DNA of 64,000 bases from an uncultured Burkholderiales bacterium. GTDB taxonomy: Bacteria; Pseudomonadota; Gammaproteobacteria; Burkholderiales; JAEUOS01. The notes under the pieces were generated by a model. It saw only the letters and a program-made list of their open reading frames with translations. It was not told the origin of the DNA and made no database searches. The stretch lies in contig CAYUEG010000002.1 of the NCBI GenBank assembly GCA_964443245.1, forward strand, positions 8,188 through 72,187. Reading direction: 5' to 3'. The translations under genes and the position numbers were made by a program. Position 1 is the first letter of the stretch. Each line of letters starts with the position of its first letter. This document shows positions 10,590 to 19,004 of this stretch, in pieces.

Positions 10590-10904
10590 ATGGACAAGAT
10601 CGGATCGATTGGTGGCCTCAGTGGCATCGCGTCAGCACGTGGCAGCTCGGCGGCAAGCGAGGTCGCAGGCATGGGCAATGGCGGCAGCTTCGCCAAGGCA
10701 CTGTCGCAGGCTCTGGATGCGGTGAACGGCGCCCAATCCGAGGCATCGGCCCTGTCTCGCGAGTTTCAACTGGGCAATACATCGGTGTCCCTTGAGGAGA
10801 CGATGATCGCCATGCAGAAGTCCAGCATCGCGTTCCAGACGGCCGTGCAGGTTCGCAATCGCGTCGTCAGCGCCTACAACGACATCATGAACATGCCGGT
10901 CTGA
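10590..10904 (+). CDS. fliE: Flagellar hook-basal body complex protein FliE
   Basis: C-terminal FliE signature: LEETMIAMQKSSIAFQTAVQVRNRVVSAYNDIMNMPV. ATG 10590 is preceded by AAGGAAG. Divergent from fliF. Confidence 0.9.
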   Translation: MDKIGSIGGLSGIASARGSSAASEVAGMGNGGSFAKALSQALDAVNGAQSEASALSREFQLGNTSVSLEETMIAMQKSSIAFQTAVQVRNRVVSAYNDIMNMPV

Positions 10905-10971
10905 CCGGCTGCGCACTGATGTGCCGGCATGGCCCGGCCAAGGCGGGGCCACAGGTCGCCAGCTGTTCCAT

Positions 10972-11727
10972 TCAGACCAGGGCGCGACGTGTACGCTCCA
11001 GGTAATTGATGTAGCGCTGGATCAGGCTGACAACCGGCCCGGCGAGGTTGGCGAACTGGCAGCCGTAGTGGTCACGGCTGACACCCTGGGCGTCCTTGCG
11101 CTTGCCGTGGGCATGACGGATTTCCAGGGCGGTGGTGAAGCTGCCGTGGCCCGGCAACTCGACCGTGCAATGTTCGAATATGGCGCCCGGCGTGAACGCG
11201 GGCGTCATCGGGCCGGCGATGACACCCATACCGCCTACGCTCAGGTCGCCGACCATGAAGTGGGCGGTCGATCCGTCGGCGAGCGTGATCTCGCAGCGGA
11301 TCGGGCCGGACTTGGGGGCGTGCACGCGAAAGAAGTTGCGGCGTTGCAGTCGCAGCACGGAATCGGGTACCCGGATGCGCAATACCGGGCGTCCCTCGAA
11401 GGTGGTGGCTTCGGCAATCTGGGCATGAAACTGGATCTTGATCTGATCCACAAAGGAGACGAAGGTCAGGCGCCGCGAACGGACGATGCGCCGGCTCAGT
11501 TCGGCATCTTCCGTCCCGTCAAAAATGAGTTCCTCAAACTCCGGGTTCAGGTGCAGGAGGTTGGTGACCACATAGTCCTCGCCTTGCGCGAAATGCAGCG
11601 TGACCAGCGAACGCCGCTCGATCATCGATTGCAGGATGGCGAGGATTTCGCGCCGCGAATAGGTCTGAAATCCTTCGGTTTCCGCGCTTTCTTCCTCGGG
11701 CGCAGCGGCGACAGGTGATTCGGTCAT
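10972..11727 (-). CDS. ycgR: YcgR-type flagellar brake protein (PilZN + PilZ, c-di-GMP binding)
   Basis: PilZ motifs are intact: RRNFFR (RxxxR) and DLSVGGMG (DxSxxG). The N-terminal YcgR/PilZN-like domain is present. The start ATG 11727 overlaps the upstream stop by 4 nt. Confidence 0.85.
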   Translation of the reverse strand: MTESPVAAAPEEESAETEGFQTYSRREILAILQSMIERRSLVTLHFAQGEDYVVTNLLHLNPEFEELIFDGTEDAELSRRIVRSRRLTFVSFVDQIKIQFHAQIAEATTFEGRPVLRIRVPDSVLRLQRRNFFRVHAPKSGPIRCEITLADGSTAHFMVGDLSVGGMGVIAGPMTPAFTPGAIFEHCTVELPGHGSFTTALEIRHAHGKRKDAQGVSRDHYGCQFANLAGPVVSLIQRYINYLERTRRALV

Positions 11728-12029
11728 GATGGTTTCCTCGGTGCAGGGTTCGAGATTCCCGTCTCGATGTGATGAACCCACGCCAGCAGTTCGGCAATTG
11801 CTGCGTACATGGCCGGCGGGATGTGGGCGTCCAGGTCCACCTGCATCAGCAGGCTGACCAGTTCGCGCGATTCGTGTACGGCGACGCCGGCTTCGCGGGC
11901 GCGCCGGATGATCTCGTCGGCGATCAGGCCACTGCCTTTGGCGCTGACCCGGGGTGCCTTGGTGCCGGCGCCGCCATAGGTAAGCGCCACTGCGGCATGC
12001 TGGGGGGCGGGGGCGAGTTCAGTCATCAT
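11724..12029 (-). CDS. Free-standing FlhB C-terminal (FlhB_CC)-like protein
   Basis: 101 aa. QHAAVALTYGGAGTKAPRVSAKGSGLIADEIIRRAREAGVAVHESRELVSLLM aligns with the FlhB of this same window from the residue after NPTH (HYAVALSYRSASMRAPRIVALGQDEVAARIRQIAQENGVPLLEAPPLARALY). It has no TM domain and no NPTH site. Confidence 0.8.
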   Translation of the reverse strand: MMTELAPAPQHAAVALTYGGAGTKAPRVSAKGSGLIADEIIRRAREAGVAVHESRELVSLLMQVDLDAHIPPAMYAAIAELLAWVHHIETGISNPAPRKPS

Positions 12030-13032
12030 GCAACGAGACTTCGGTGGCGACCAGCGTCAATCCGGCGGTGGCAAGGGCTGTCGAGAGCACGCTGGTGGCG
12101 TCACGCAAATGGCGGATCGAGTCCTCCTCGCTTGCCTTCGCATGCAGCCACACGGATGTTGCATGCAACCTGAGGCGCAGGTCGAGCCGGCCCATGCCGG
12201 GCAGCTCAAGCGACAGGGCTGCTTCGCTGGCCTGCACCGGTGCGTCCTGGCTGGCGTGCTGCTGTTGTCCGTTACGGTAAGGATCAAACAAAGTCAGTTG
12301 GGCAACCTGACCGGGCCAGGGGGTCAGTTCGAAACGCGTTTCCCCATGCTCGATGGCGCGAAACTGTTCACGAAACGTCGCTTCAAGGGCGCCGTTGGCG
12401 CGCACCGGCAGTGGCGCCGTGTCCTGGGCAAGCGCTGTGGCCGCAGCCGGGCTGGCATCCTGCCTGACGAGGATGTCCGGTAGCCGGGCCTGCGGTTCGC
12501 GCAGCAGATCCTTTGCCGCAAAACTGCCTGCGGCCCAGCGGCGCAGGTGGGATTCGTAGAAGACGCCGCTGTTGGTGATTGCGCGCGACAACTCCTGTGC
12601 CAGCTGTACCGCGCTGCCGGCGGCACTGGCATGGGTGATCAGCTTGAGAGGCGTGGTCTCCTGCTCGGCCGCCGCCGCGAAGGCACTGAGTACTTTGGCC
12701 TCCCCGCCCAGCCGTACCGTGGCATCGCCGATGCCGGGCGAGGGGGGCATCACCGGAAGGCGCTCTACCCACTTGGCGATCACCTGCTCGCCCGCGGCAC
12801 GCGGCATGCTCAGCTGGGCCCGGTAGGTTTGGCCATCGATCTCGATCAGGGCGTCGCCGTTCGCTTTCGATTCCAGCACGTGGCCGTCGAAGACGCGCGT
12901 CGGATAGCGCTGCAACAGCTCCCTTCCCGTCTGCTCATCGATGCGCAGGACGGCCAGAAGGGGCTCCACCCGCCTGGTGGCAGCCTGAACTGCAGCCGGG
13001 ATGACGGAGCGAAGCTCGACGACCGGCAGCAT
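12019..13032 (-). CDS. Second FliK-like (hook-length control / T3S4 domain) protein
   Basis: The C-terminus ALSLELPGMGRLDLRLRLHATSVWLHAKASEEDSIRHLRDATSVLSTALATAGLTL follows the same pattern as the FliK Flg_hook block at 3984..5243. ATG 13032 is preceded by AAGGATAAAGGG. The stop overlaps the next gene by 11 nt. Confidence 0.7.
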   Translation of the reverse strand: MLPVVELRSVIPAAVQAATRRVEPLLAVLRIDEQTGRELLQRYPTRVFDGHVLESKANGDALIEIDGQTYRAQLSMPRAAGEQVIAKWVERLPVMPPSPGIGDATVRLGGEAKVLSAFAAAAEQETTPLKLITHASAAGSAVQLAQELSRAITNSGVFYESHLRRWAAGSFAAKDLLREPQARLPDILVRQDASPAAATALAQDTAPLPVRANGALEATFREQFRAIEHGETRFELTPWPGQVAQLTLFDPYRNGQQQHASQDAPVQASEAALSLELPGMGRLDLRLRLHATSVWLHAKASEEDSIRHLRDATSVLSTALATAGLTLVATEVSLHDD

Positions 13033-13036
13033 CCCT

Positions 13037-13387
13037 TTATCCTTCGCCGGCGCCAACCGCCAGGTACGAGCGGTGCGCCCGATGCCCTTGCCCGGTGGCC
13101 CCCAGCATGCTCTCGAGCGAACGCATCCAGTGCTGCGTGAGGGATCGAATCTGGGCATCGTTGGCCAGCACTTCGCCGAGGGCCTGCAAACGCCGCTGGT
13201 TGTCATCCGGCTGCATCCGCACGCGGCAGTCGGGGTCCAGGCGCGTCAATTCGGACACCAGTTCAGCACACTGCGACTCGGCGGCAATCAGGCCGTCCCA
13301 GTCTTCGGATCGCGCCGCTTCGAGCATGCGCGCGCTGGCGGCGGCGATGCTGTCGTAGTGACGGAGTACTTCGACAGAGTGGGTCAT
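13037..13387 (-). CDS. fliT: Flagellar export chaperone FliT
   Basis: 116 aa, helical. Lies directly after fliS with a 4-nt overlap. The EDWDGLIAAESQCAELV region is FliT-like. The call rests mainly on position and size. Confidence 0.7.
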   Translation of the reverse strand: MTHSVEVLRHYDSIAAASARMLEAARSEDWDGLIAAESQCAELVSELTRLDPDCRVRMQPDDNQRRLQALGEVLANDAQIRSLTQHWMRSLESMLGATGQGHRAHRSYLAVGAGEG

Positions 13388-13791
13388 GCCGCACCTTTTG
13401 CCTGGTTCGTGGCCAGTTCCGACCAGGCACTGCGCAATTCGCCCAGCAGCTTGCGCACTTCCTCGATCGGTGCCGCCTCGCGGCTCAGGCTGGCGGCGAG
13501 GAGGCGCCGCGTCATGTAGCCGTACAGATCCCGCAGCTGTGCGCCAATGGCGCCTCCGTTCGGGTCCAGGCTGGCGCTCAGGCCTTCGTCAATGATGCGG
13601 ATCGCACGGGTGAGTTCAGCACTATGGGCGCCGCCGGCATTGGCCTGATGCCGCGTCAAGGCGCAGGTCAGGGCATCGATGGCACCGTCGTACAGCATCA
13701 GGATCAGGTCGATTGGCCGGGCGGCCGCGACGCCGGTTTCCAGTCCTACCTGACGATAGGCCTGTGTGAAGTTGCGATAGGCACCAAACAT
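13384..13791 (-). CDS. fliS: Flagellin-specific chaperone FliS
   Basis: 135 aa. YRQVGLETGVAAARPIDLILMLYDGAIDAL is a typical FliS N-terminus. Confidence 0.9.
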   Translation of the reverse strand: MFGAYRNFTQAYRQVGLETGVAAARPIDLILMLYDGAIDALTCALTRHQANAGGAHSAELTRAIRIIDEGLSASLDPNGGAIGAQLRDLYGYMTRRLLAASLSREAAPIEEVRKLLGELRSAWSELATNQAKGAA

Positions 13792-13860
13792 GGAGTGGTT
13801 TCCGGGTATTGATTGTGATGTGGCTTATAACGGCAGTCTGGCGCTGTGGGTGAGGGTGAA

Positions 13861-15852
13861 TCAGGAAGAAGTTTGCTTCTGCAGGGCAGTCAACTGCTGG
13901 GTCAGGTAGGTGCTGGTACTGTTCATGCTGCTCAGGGTGCGATCCAGGGCGGTGTACTGCTTGCGCAGATTGGCCTCGATCAACGTGAGCCGGTTGTTGA
14001 AACGCGTCTGCTGGGCCTGGATGCCCTGGATCGACTTCTGCCAGCTGTCGGTACGGTTGGCGATGGTGCCGTCGCTTTTCAGGGCGGCACTGACCAGGGC
14101 GGAAATCTGCGTGCCATAGCCTTGCCGGAATTCGAGGTTGCCCAATGCACCCGGGGCGGTGCTGGTGACCTTGACGCGCAGGCCGTTCGAGGCGGTCAGT
14201 TCCTGGCCCAGGCCGCTGGTCGTCAGGCCGCCGATTGAGCCTTGCACATCGGTCCCCGCCTGCGATACGGGAGCGCCGCCGAAGAGATCGGCGGCGGCAT
14301 TGCCGGTCGCGTTGGTCACTGCGGAAGCCGATCCATAGGTGGTGGAGGTCAGGCTGAGTGTGCCACCCGACTCGCTGACGCTGACGGCGACCCCGGCAGC
14401 GCGCAATGCCGCCACACCATTGACCTTGGACTGCAATTCGGCGGCCAGGGCGCTGGCGGTATAGGTTCCGGCCGTGAGCTGGATGGTGGCGCCGATGCCG
14501 TTGACGGACAGGCCAAGCGTGTCATTGATGCCGCTGGCGATGGTCAGGTTGGCAGCAGCGCTGCCGGTCAGGGATCCGCGACTGGCCGCCTGGGTGACCG
14601 TGACACCATAGGTGCCGGGCTTGCTGGCTTCGGTCGAACCGGCAAAGCTGACCAGTGCATTGCTGGCCGCACCGGTGGTGGCAAACAGCCGCGCCACCTG
14701 CGCGGCCGGATCCTGCATCACGCGGTCAAACTTGGCGCTGTCGAATCCCAGGCTGCCATCGCGCTGGAATCCGAGGCCGATGTCGCTCAGGGTGCCCGGA
14801 TTGTTGGTCAAGCCCGGCAGAGCGGTGGTGAGCGCCGTCTTCATCCTGGCCAGAAGCCCGGCCGCCGCCGAATCCCCGCTCAACGCACCGGCCGCACCGG
14901 TCTGGGCGTTATAGCCGGTGAAATTCTTGATCATGGTGCCCATGTTGTTGTAGGCCTTGACCAGATCATTGATCGCCGTGCGTGCGGCCGCCGCATCCTG
15001 CCCGACCGTGACGGTCACCGGGGTGCCCGCGGTGACCTGATTCAGATTCAGCGTGACACCTTCAATCGCTTCCTGAACCTGGTTGGTGGGCCGGGTAATA
15101 GCGAGGCCATCAATGGTGAGCTGGGCATCGAGCGCCGCCGCGCGCTGGGTGAGGTTGGCGCCGGATCCGGATGCTGCCGCCGGGTTGAAGGCGAGCTGCG
15201 ACAGGCCGCTGGTGTCGGTGTGGTTGCCGTCATCGTCATTGACCAGAATCCGCAGGCTGTTGGCCGTGCCGGATTCGGCGCTGGACAGCACCAGCCGATG
15301 GCCGCTGCCATCATTCACCAATGAGGCGACGACCCCTCCGTTGGCCGCGTTGATGGCGTCGCGCACGCCTGCCAGAGTATTCTGGCCTGGTCCGATCGTG
15401 ACAGCCAGCGCCGGCTTGGCCGCATTGGCCGAGAAGGTACCGGCGGCGAAGGTGCCGAACTGAATGTTCAGGGTGCCGGAGCCGACCACGGCACCGGTAC
15501 TCGGAAATGCCGACGAAGCAAGCTTCTGCGATTGCGCAAGTTGCGCCACCGTGACGCTGTAGCTTCCGCGTGCCGCCCCGGCGGACGCGCTTGCCCCAAC
15601 CTTGGTGGCGTCACTTGACGAAGAAGTGACAGCACGGAACAGGTCGACCGATTGCAGTTTCTTGGCGGCATCGCCGACGGCCGAGTAAGCGCCCTTGATG
15701 GCGCCAAAGGCGGAGATCCGGGATTGCAGGACGCTCTGCCGCCGCTGCATTTCGGTCAACGGACGGCTCTCCACCTGCATCAGCTGGGACACCACGCTGG
15801 ATACGTCCAGGCCGGAACCGGAGGAGGTGGAGCTGATGCTGCTGGTAGCCAT
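13861..15852 (-). CDS. fliD: Flagellar filament cap protein FliD
   Basis: N-terminus MATSSISSTSSGSGLDVSSVVSQLMQVESRPL, and C-terminus RFNNRLTLIEANLRKQYTALDRTLSSMNSTSTYLTQQL. ATG 15852 is preferred over the TTG at 15873. Confidence 0.9.
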   Translation of the reverse strand: MATSSISSTSSGSGLDVSSVVSQLMQVESRPLTEMQRRQSVLQSRISAFGAIKGAYSAVGDAAKKLQSVDLFRAVTSSSSDATKVGASASAGAARGSYSVTVAQLAQSQKLASSAFPSTGAVVGSGTLNIQFGTFAAGTFSANAAKPALAVTIGPGQNTLAGVRDAINAANGGVVASLVNDGSGHRLVLSSAESGTANSLRILVNDDDGNHTDTSGLSQLAFNPAAASGSGANLTQRAAALDAQLTIDGLAITRPTNQVQEAIEGVTLNLNQVTAGTPVTVTVGQDAAAARTAINDLVKAYNNMGTMIKNFTGYNAQTGAAGALSGDSAAAGLLARMKTALTTALPGLTNNPGTLSDIGLGFQRDGSLGFDSAKFDRVMQDPAAQVARLFATTGAASNALVSFAGSTEASKPGTYGVTVTQAASRGSLTGSAAANLTIASGINDTLGLSVNGIGATIQLTAGTYTASALAAELQSKVNGVAALRAAGVAVSVSESGGTLSLTSTTYGSASAVTNATGNAAADLFGGAPVSQAGTDVQGSIGGLTTSGLGQELTASNGLRVKVTSTAPGALGNLEFRQGYGTQISALVSAALKSDGTIANRTDSWQKSIQGIQAQQTRFNNRLTLIEANLRKQYTALDRTLSSMNSTSTYLTQQLTALQKQTSS

Positions 15853-15897
15853 GACATTGGCGCGGCCGGACAAGGGCCGCCAGTGCTTTCCGTTGAT

Positions 15898-16022
15898 CCG
15901 CCTCAGAAATCCGGAGGCGGAGAGTTCAGATCAGAACAACGCAAGAAGGCACTCATGGGGAGAGTGCCTTCCTTCGCATTCTGAGCAAGGCCGTGGGCAG
16001 CCGGGTGAGCGGCTGCCCACGG
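15898..16022 (-). terminator. Three stacked GC-rich hairpins downstream of fliC (probable terminator/attenuator)
   Basis: Perfect inverted repeats: ccgtgggcagcc/ggctgcccacgg (15991-16022), gaaggcactc/gagtgccttc (15945-15971, followed on the transcript by TTGCGTTGTT), and ccgcctc/gaggcgg (15898-15920). Confidence 0.5.
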
Positions 16023-16027
16023 ATTGA

Positions 16028-17176
16028 TCAGCCGCGCAGCAGGCTCATGACGTTGTTGGGCGCCTGATTCGCCTGCGCCAGCATTGCCATGCCGGCCTGT
16101 TGCAGGATCTGGTTCTTGGTCATGCTGGCCGTTTCCGCCGCGTAGTCCGTATCCTGGATGCGGCTGCGAGAAGCGCTCAGGTTCTCGGCAGCAGTTTGCA
16201 GGTTCGAGACCGTCGAGGTGAAGCGGTTCTGCAGGGCACCCAGCGTGGCACGCGAGGTGTTGATCTGGCCGAGCGCGCTGTCCACCTGCTTGATCGCCAG
16301 CGTGGCACCGGCAAACGAGGAGATGTCCATCGTGGTGAGGCCTGTCGTGGTGGCGGCTGCCGCCGTCACGCCACCGGCACCGTTGAAGCCGGTGAGCGCA
16401 CCGTTGTCCGTACCGGCCAAGGTGATGGTGGCGCCGGAGGTCATGACCAGCTTGTTGGTCGCAACGTCCATGTAGGCATTCACACCGGTGGTGCCGGCGA
16501 TCTTGTTGACGGCGTCCACAACCTGCGCTGCACGTTCCTGGCTGGTGCCGACGGCGGTGAGGGCGCCGATGTCGGTGCCGTTGACTGTCAAGCTGCCGGC
16601 AGCAACGACACCCGTGCCGAGGCCGGACACGACGGACGATTGGGTGGAGGCGGACGACACCGAACCCAGGCCGGCGATGGTCGAGTTCTGTACGCCAGTA
16701 ACCGAAATGGTCTCGTTGGCGTTGGCGCCGACCTGGAACGCGGCAGAAGTGAAGGAGCCATCAAGCAACTTGATGCCGTTGAACGCGGTTTGCGAGGCAA
16801 CGCGATCGATCTCGGATTTCAACTGTGCCACTTCAGATTGCAGGGCAGCACGGTCACTGTTGCTGTTGGTGGCATTGGCCGACTGCACCGCCAGTTCACG
16901 GATGCGCTGCAGGTTGTCGCCCACGGAGGCCATCGCGCCTTCTGCGGTTTGCGACAGCGAGATGGCGTCATTGGCGTTGCGTGCAGCCTGGTTCAGGCCG
17001 CGAATCTGGGAGGTGAAGCGCTCCGAGATGGCCAGGCCGGCGGCGTCATCCTTGGCGCTGTTGATGCGCAGGCCGGAAGAAAGGCGCTGCATGGCGGTCT
17101 GCGACGCTGCCTGCGAGCCGTTGAGGTTGCGCTGCGCATTGAGCGAAGCAATGTTGGTGTTGATAGTTTGGGGCAT
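16028..17176 (-). CDS. fliC: Flagellin FliC
   Basis: [22 protein letters not shown] ... [23 protein letters not shown] at the N-terminus, and [56 protein letters not shown] at the C-terminus. Confidence 0.97.
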   Translation of the reverse strand: MPQTINTNIASLNAQRNLNGSQAASQTAMQRLSSGLRINSAKDDAAGLAISERFTSQIRGLNQAARNANDAISLSQTAEGAMASVGDNLQRIRELAVQSANATNSNSDRAALQSEVAQLKSEIDRVASQTAFNGIKLLDGSFTSAAFQVGANANETISVTGVQNSTIAGLGSVSSASTQSSVVSGLGTGVVAAGSLTVNGTDIGALTAVGTSQERAAQVVDAVNKIAGTTGVNAYMDVATNKLVMTSGATITLAGTDNGALTGFNGAGGVTAAAATTTGLTTMDISSFAGATLAIKQVDSALGQINTSRATLGALQNRFTSTVSNLQTAAENLSASRSRIQDTDYAAETASMTKNQILQQAGMAMLAQANQAPNNVMSLLRG

Positions 17177-17329
17177 GGTGAATCTCCTTTAAACGGATTG
17201 AAAGCCAAAGTTAAGTGATGCGGACCCAAATGGTCCAATACTGCTCATTTAGAAAGACCGTCAGGCTCTTCGCCCTTCAGGTCCGCAACTTCGGTTCGGA
17301 TCACTGGATTCAAACCGCCGTCAGACCTC

Positions 17330-17357
17330 TTAACGGATTGCTTCTGCATAAACTTTA
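17330..17357 (-). promoter_or_regulatory. Putative sigma-28 (FliA) promoter of fliC
   Basis: The reverse strand reads TAAAGTTT-N12-TCCGTTAA, against the consensus TAAAGTTT-N11-GCCGATAA. It lies about 150 nt upstream of the fliC ATG. Confidence 0.5.
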
Positions 17358-17404
17358 GGCACGCCGGATTTGAAGCCTTTCCTTTGTGCCGCCATGAATA
17401 TGTA

Positions 17405-17450
17405 TTGACAAGATTAGTGGCGCGTTCTGTGATCTGATCGTCCGATCAGA
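17405..17450 (+). promoter_or_regulatory. Candidate sigma-70 promoter plus palindromic operator upstream of flhDC
   Basis: TTGACA (17405-17410), a 17-nt spacer, then TGTGAT (17428-17433). It is immediately followed and overlapped by the perfect 18-bp palindrome TCTGATCG-TC-CGATCAGA (17433-17450). It sits in the AT-richer 724-nt fliC-flhD spacer. Confidence 0.3.
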
Positions 17451-17900
17451 GCGGTTTTCCTGCCCCAATCCTCAATTGGCGTGGTGATTTCGTCGTCGCT
17501 TTCCGGTGCATGCGACTGGTCTTCACGTGTGCGCAGGTGCCCGGTGAAGGTGCACAACGACGTGATTCGCGTGCTGCTTCAGGCGGCCTTGAGGCAGATC
17601 GCGCATCCCGCAAGGTCCAGGCAAATCAGGGGTCTTTCAGTCGAGTGCTGCGGCATTACATGAACCGGGGTAGGTGTTCGGCTTCACGCATGTAGGAAGT
17701 GCGCCTACAACGCAAGGGCGGTGTTGCCTAGCTTGCGCAGTTGCTCCGCTGACAGGGGAACCGAGCCGGTTTCGTAGCCATCAGCACGTGCTGTATTGGA
17801 CATGCTTCCCATCCATATTCGGATGTTCGCGAACCGGGCTTCGGCCGAAGATTCGGTCACTGGCACACAGCCAGTTTCACAAACATAACGGAGGCCTCAC

Positions 17901-18221
17901 ATGAATACTAAAGACCTGACTGAAGAAATTCGCGACGCCAACCTTTCCTACCTGATGTTGGCTCAGCACCTGATTCGCCATGATCGCGCCGAGGCGCTGC
18001 TGCGCCTGGGCCTGTCGGAGGCGGTGGCCGATATCGTGGAGGCGCTTTCGCCCGCACAGATTCTCAAGGTGGCCGCGTCCAGCATGCTGATGTGCCGTTT
18101 CCGCTTTGACGACAGCGTAGTGTGGAATCTGCTGCTGTCGCACTCCAAGGAAGAGCGTGCCTCGGACCGCATGCATGCCGCCATCCTGATGGCCGGCCGT
18201 TCCGCCGAGGTGGCAGCATGA
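17901..18221 (+). CDS. flhD: Flagellar master regulator FlhD
   Basis: 106 aa. LSYLMLAQHLIRHDRAEALLRLGLSEAVADIVEALSPAQILKVAASSMLMCRFRFDD is typical FlhD. Confidence 0.95.
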   Translation: MNTKDLTEEIRDANLSYLMLAQHLIRHDRAEALLRLGLSEAVADIVEALSPAQILKVAASSMLMCRFRFDDSVVWNLLLSHSKEERASDRMHAAILMAGRSAEVAA

Positions 18222-18784
18222 AGCGCGCGAAAACGGTATTGGGCGAAGTGCGCGAGATCCGCCTCGCCAGCGAACTGATCGACCTGGGCGCCCGTCTGCA
18301 GGTGCTCGAGTCCGAGACCACCTTGTCCCGCGAGCGCCTGCTCAAGCTCTACAAGGAGATCCGCCACAAGTCGCCCCCGAAAGGCATGCTGCCGTTCTCG
18401 ACAGACTGGTTCATGACCTGGCAGCCGAATGTGCATGCCTCCCTGTACATGAATCTGTATCAGTCCCTGATTACCAGCTCCGAGCTGGATGAGGTGGACG
18501 CGATGATCCGTGCCTATCGTCTCTATCGAGAGCACGTTACCGAAATGGGAATGCCGGAAGTGCTTTCCATCACCCGGGCCTGGCGGCTCCTGAAATTCTT
18601 CGATGCCGGCATGATCACGCTGACCCCCTGCACCGAATGTGGTGGCCACTTCGTGATCCACACCTACGAACTGACCGAAGACTACGTGTGCGGTCTGTGC
18701 AACATGCCTTCACGTGCCGGCAAGACACGTGTGGCCAGCCTTCACGACGCCCATCCGGCGGAACTGGAGACGGTCGATGCCTGA
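18218..18784 (+). CDS. flhC: Flagellar master regulator FlhC
   Basis: Starts at MKRAKTVLGEVREIRLASELIDLGARLQVL with an ATGA overlap onto flhD. The zinc site is present: CTECGGHFV...CGLC. Confidence 0.95.
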   Translation: MKRAKTVLGEVREIRLASELIDLGARLQVLESETTLSRERLLKLYKEIRHKSPPKGMLPFSTDWFMTWQPNVHASLYMNLYQSLITSSELDEVDAMIRAYRLYREHVTEMGMPEVLSITRAWRLLKFFDAGMITLTPCTECGGHFVIHTYELTEDYVCGLCNMPSRAGKTRVASLHDAHPAELETVDA

Positions 18785-19004
18785 TCGTCGGGAGACACCT
18801 GGCAGCCGCCCCACGCGAGGCAGGCTGCCAGTGGAGACCGATGCGACGGCGCGACCCGAGGCCGAATCAGGGACGGAATCATGCTGCTTTTCCGGCGATA
18901 GGGGAGATTTGCCGGTTGATAACCTTCGTATGGCTCAAATCAAACGGATCGGATCGGCGCCTGCCGGCCGGCCTGGACTCACCAGCTTCCCATAGGGTTG
19001 GCGC

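Noticed and set aside
8302-10725. Very long ORFs antisense to recognised flagellar genes. Examples: 8302..10725 + (807 aa), 44775..46811 - (678 aa), 33644..35755 - (703 aa), 1811..3640 + (609 aa), 627..1829 + (400 aa), 29127..30449 - (440 aa).
   Set aside because: - Their translations are Arg/Gly/His/Pro/Ala-rich low-complexity strings with no recognisable motifs.
- Each lies opposite a gene with unmistakable family signatures.
- Long stop-free antisense frames are expected in GC-rich DNA with strong GC3 bias.
17189-17214. A second sigma-28-like motif (TTAACTTT-N9-TCCGTTTA on the reverse strand) right in front of the fliC ribosome-binding site. It also forms an imperfect direct repeat of the -10 region (CAATCCGTT..AA.GAG).
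   Set aside because: - The spacing is too short for the consensus.
- Transcription from it would start inside the SD and give an untranslatable leader.
- It is probably a chance resemblance or a remnant.
17481-17904. Small ORFs (60-76 aa) inside the fliC-flhD spacer.
   Set aside because: - No SD sequences.
- Atypical, Cys/Arg-rich composition.
- They overlap one another.
- The region is better explained as the flhDC promoter and leader.
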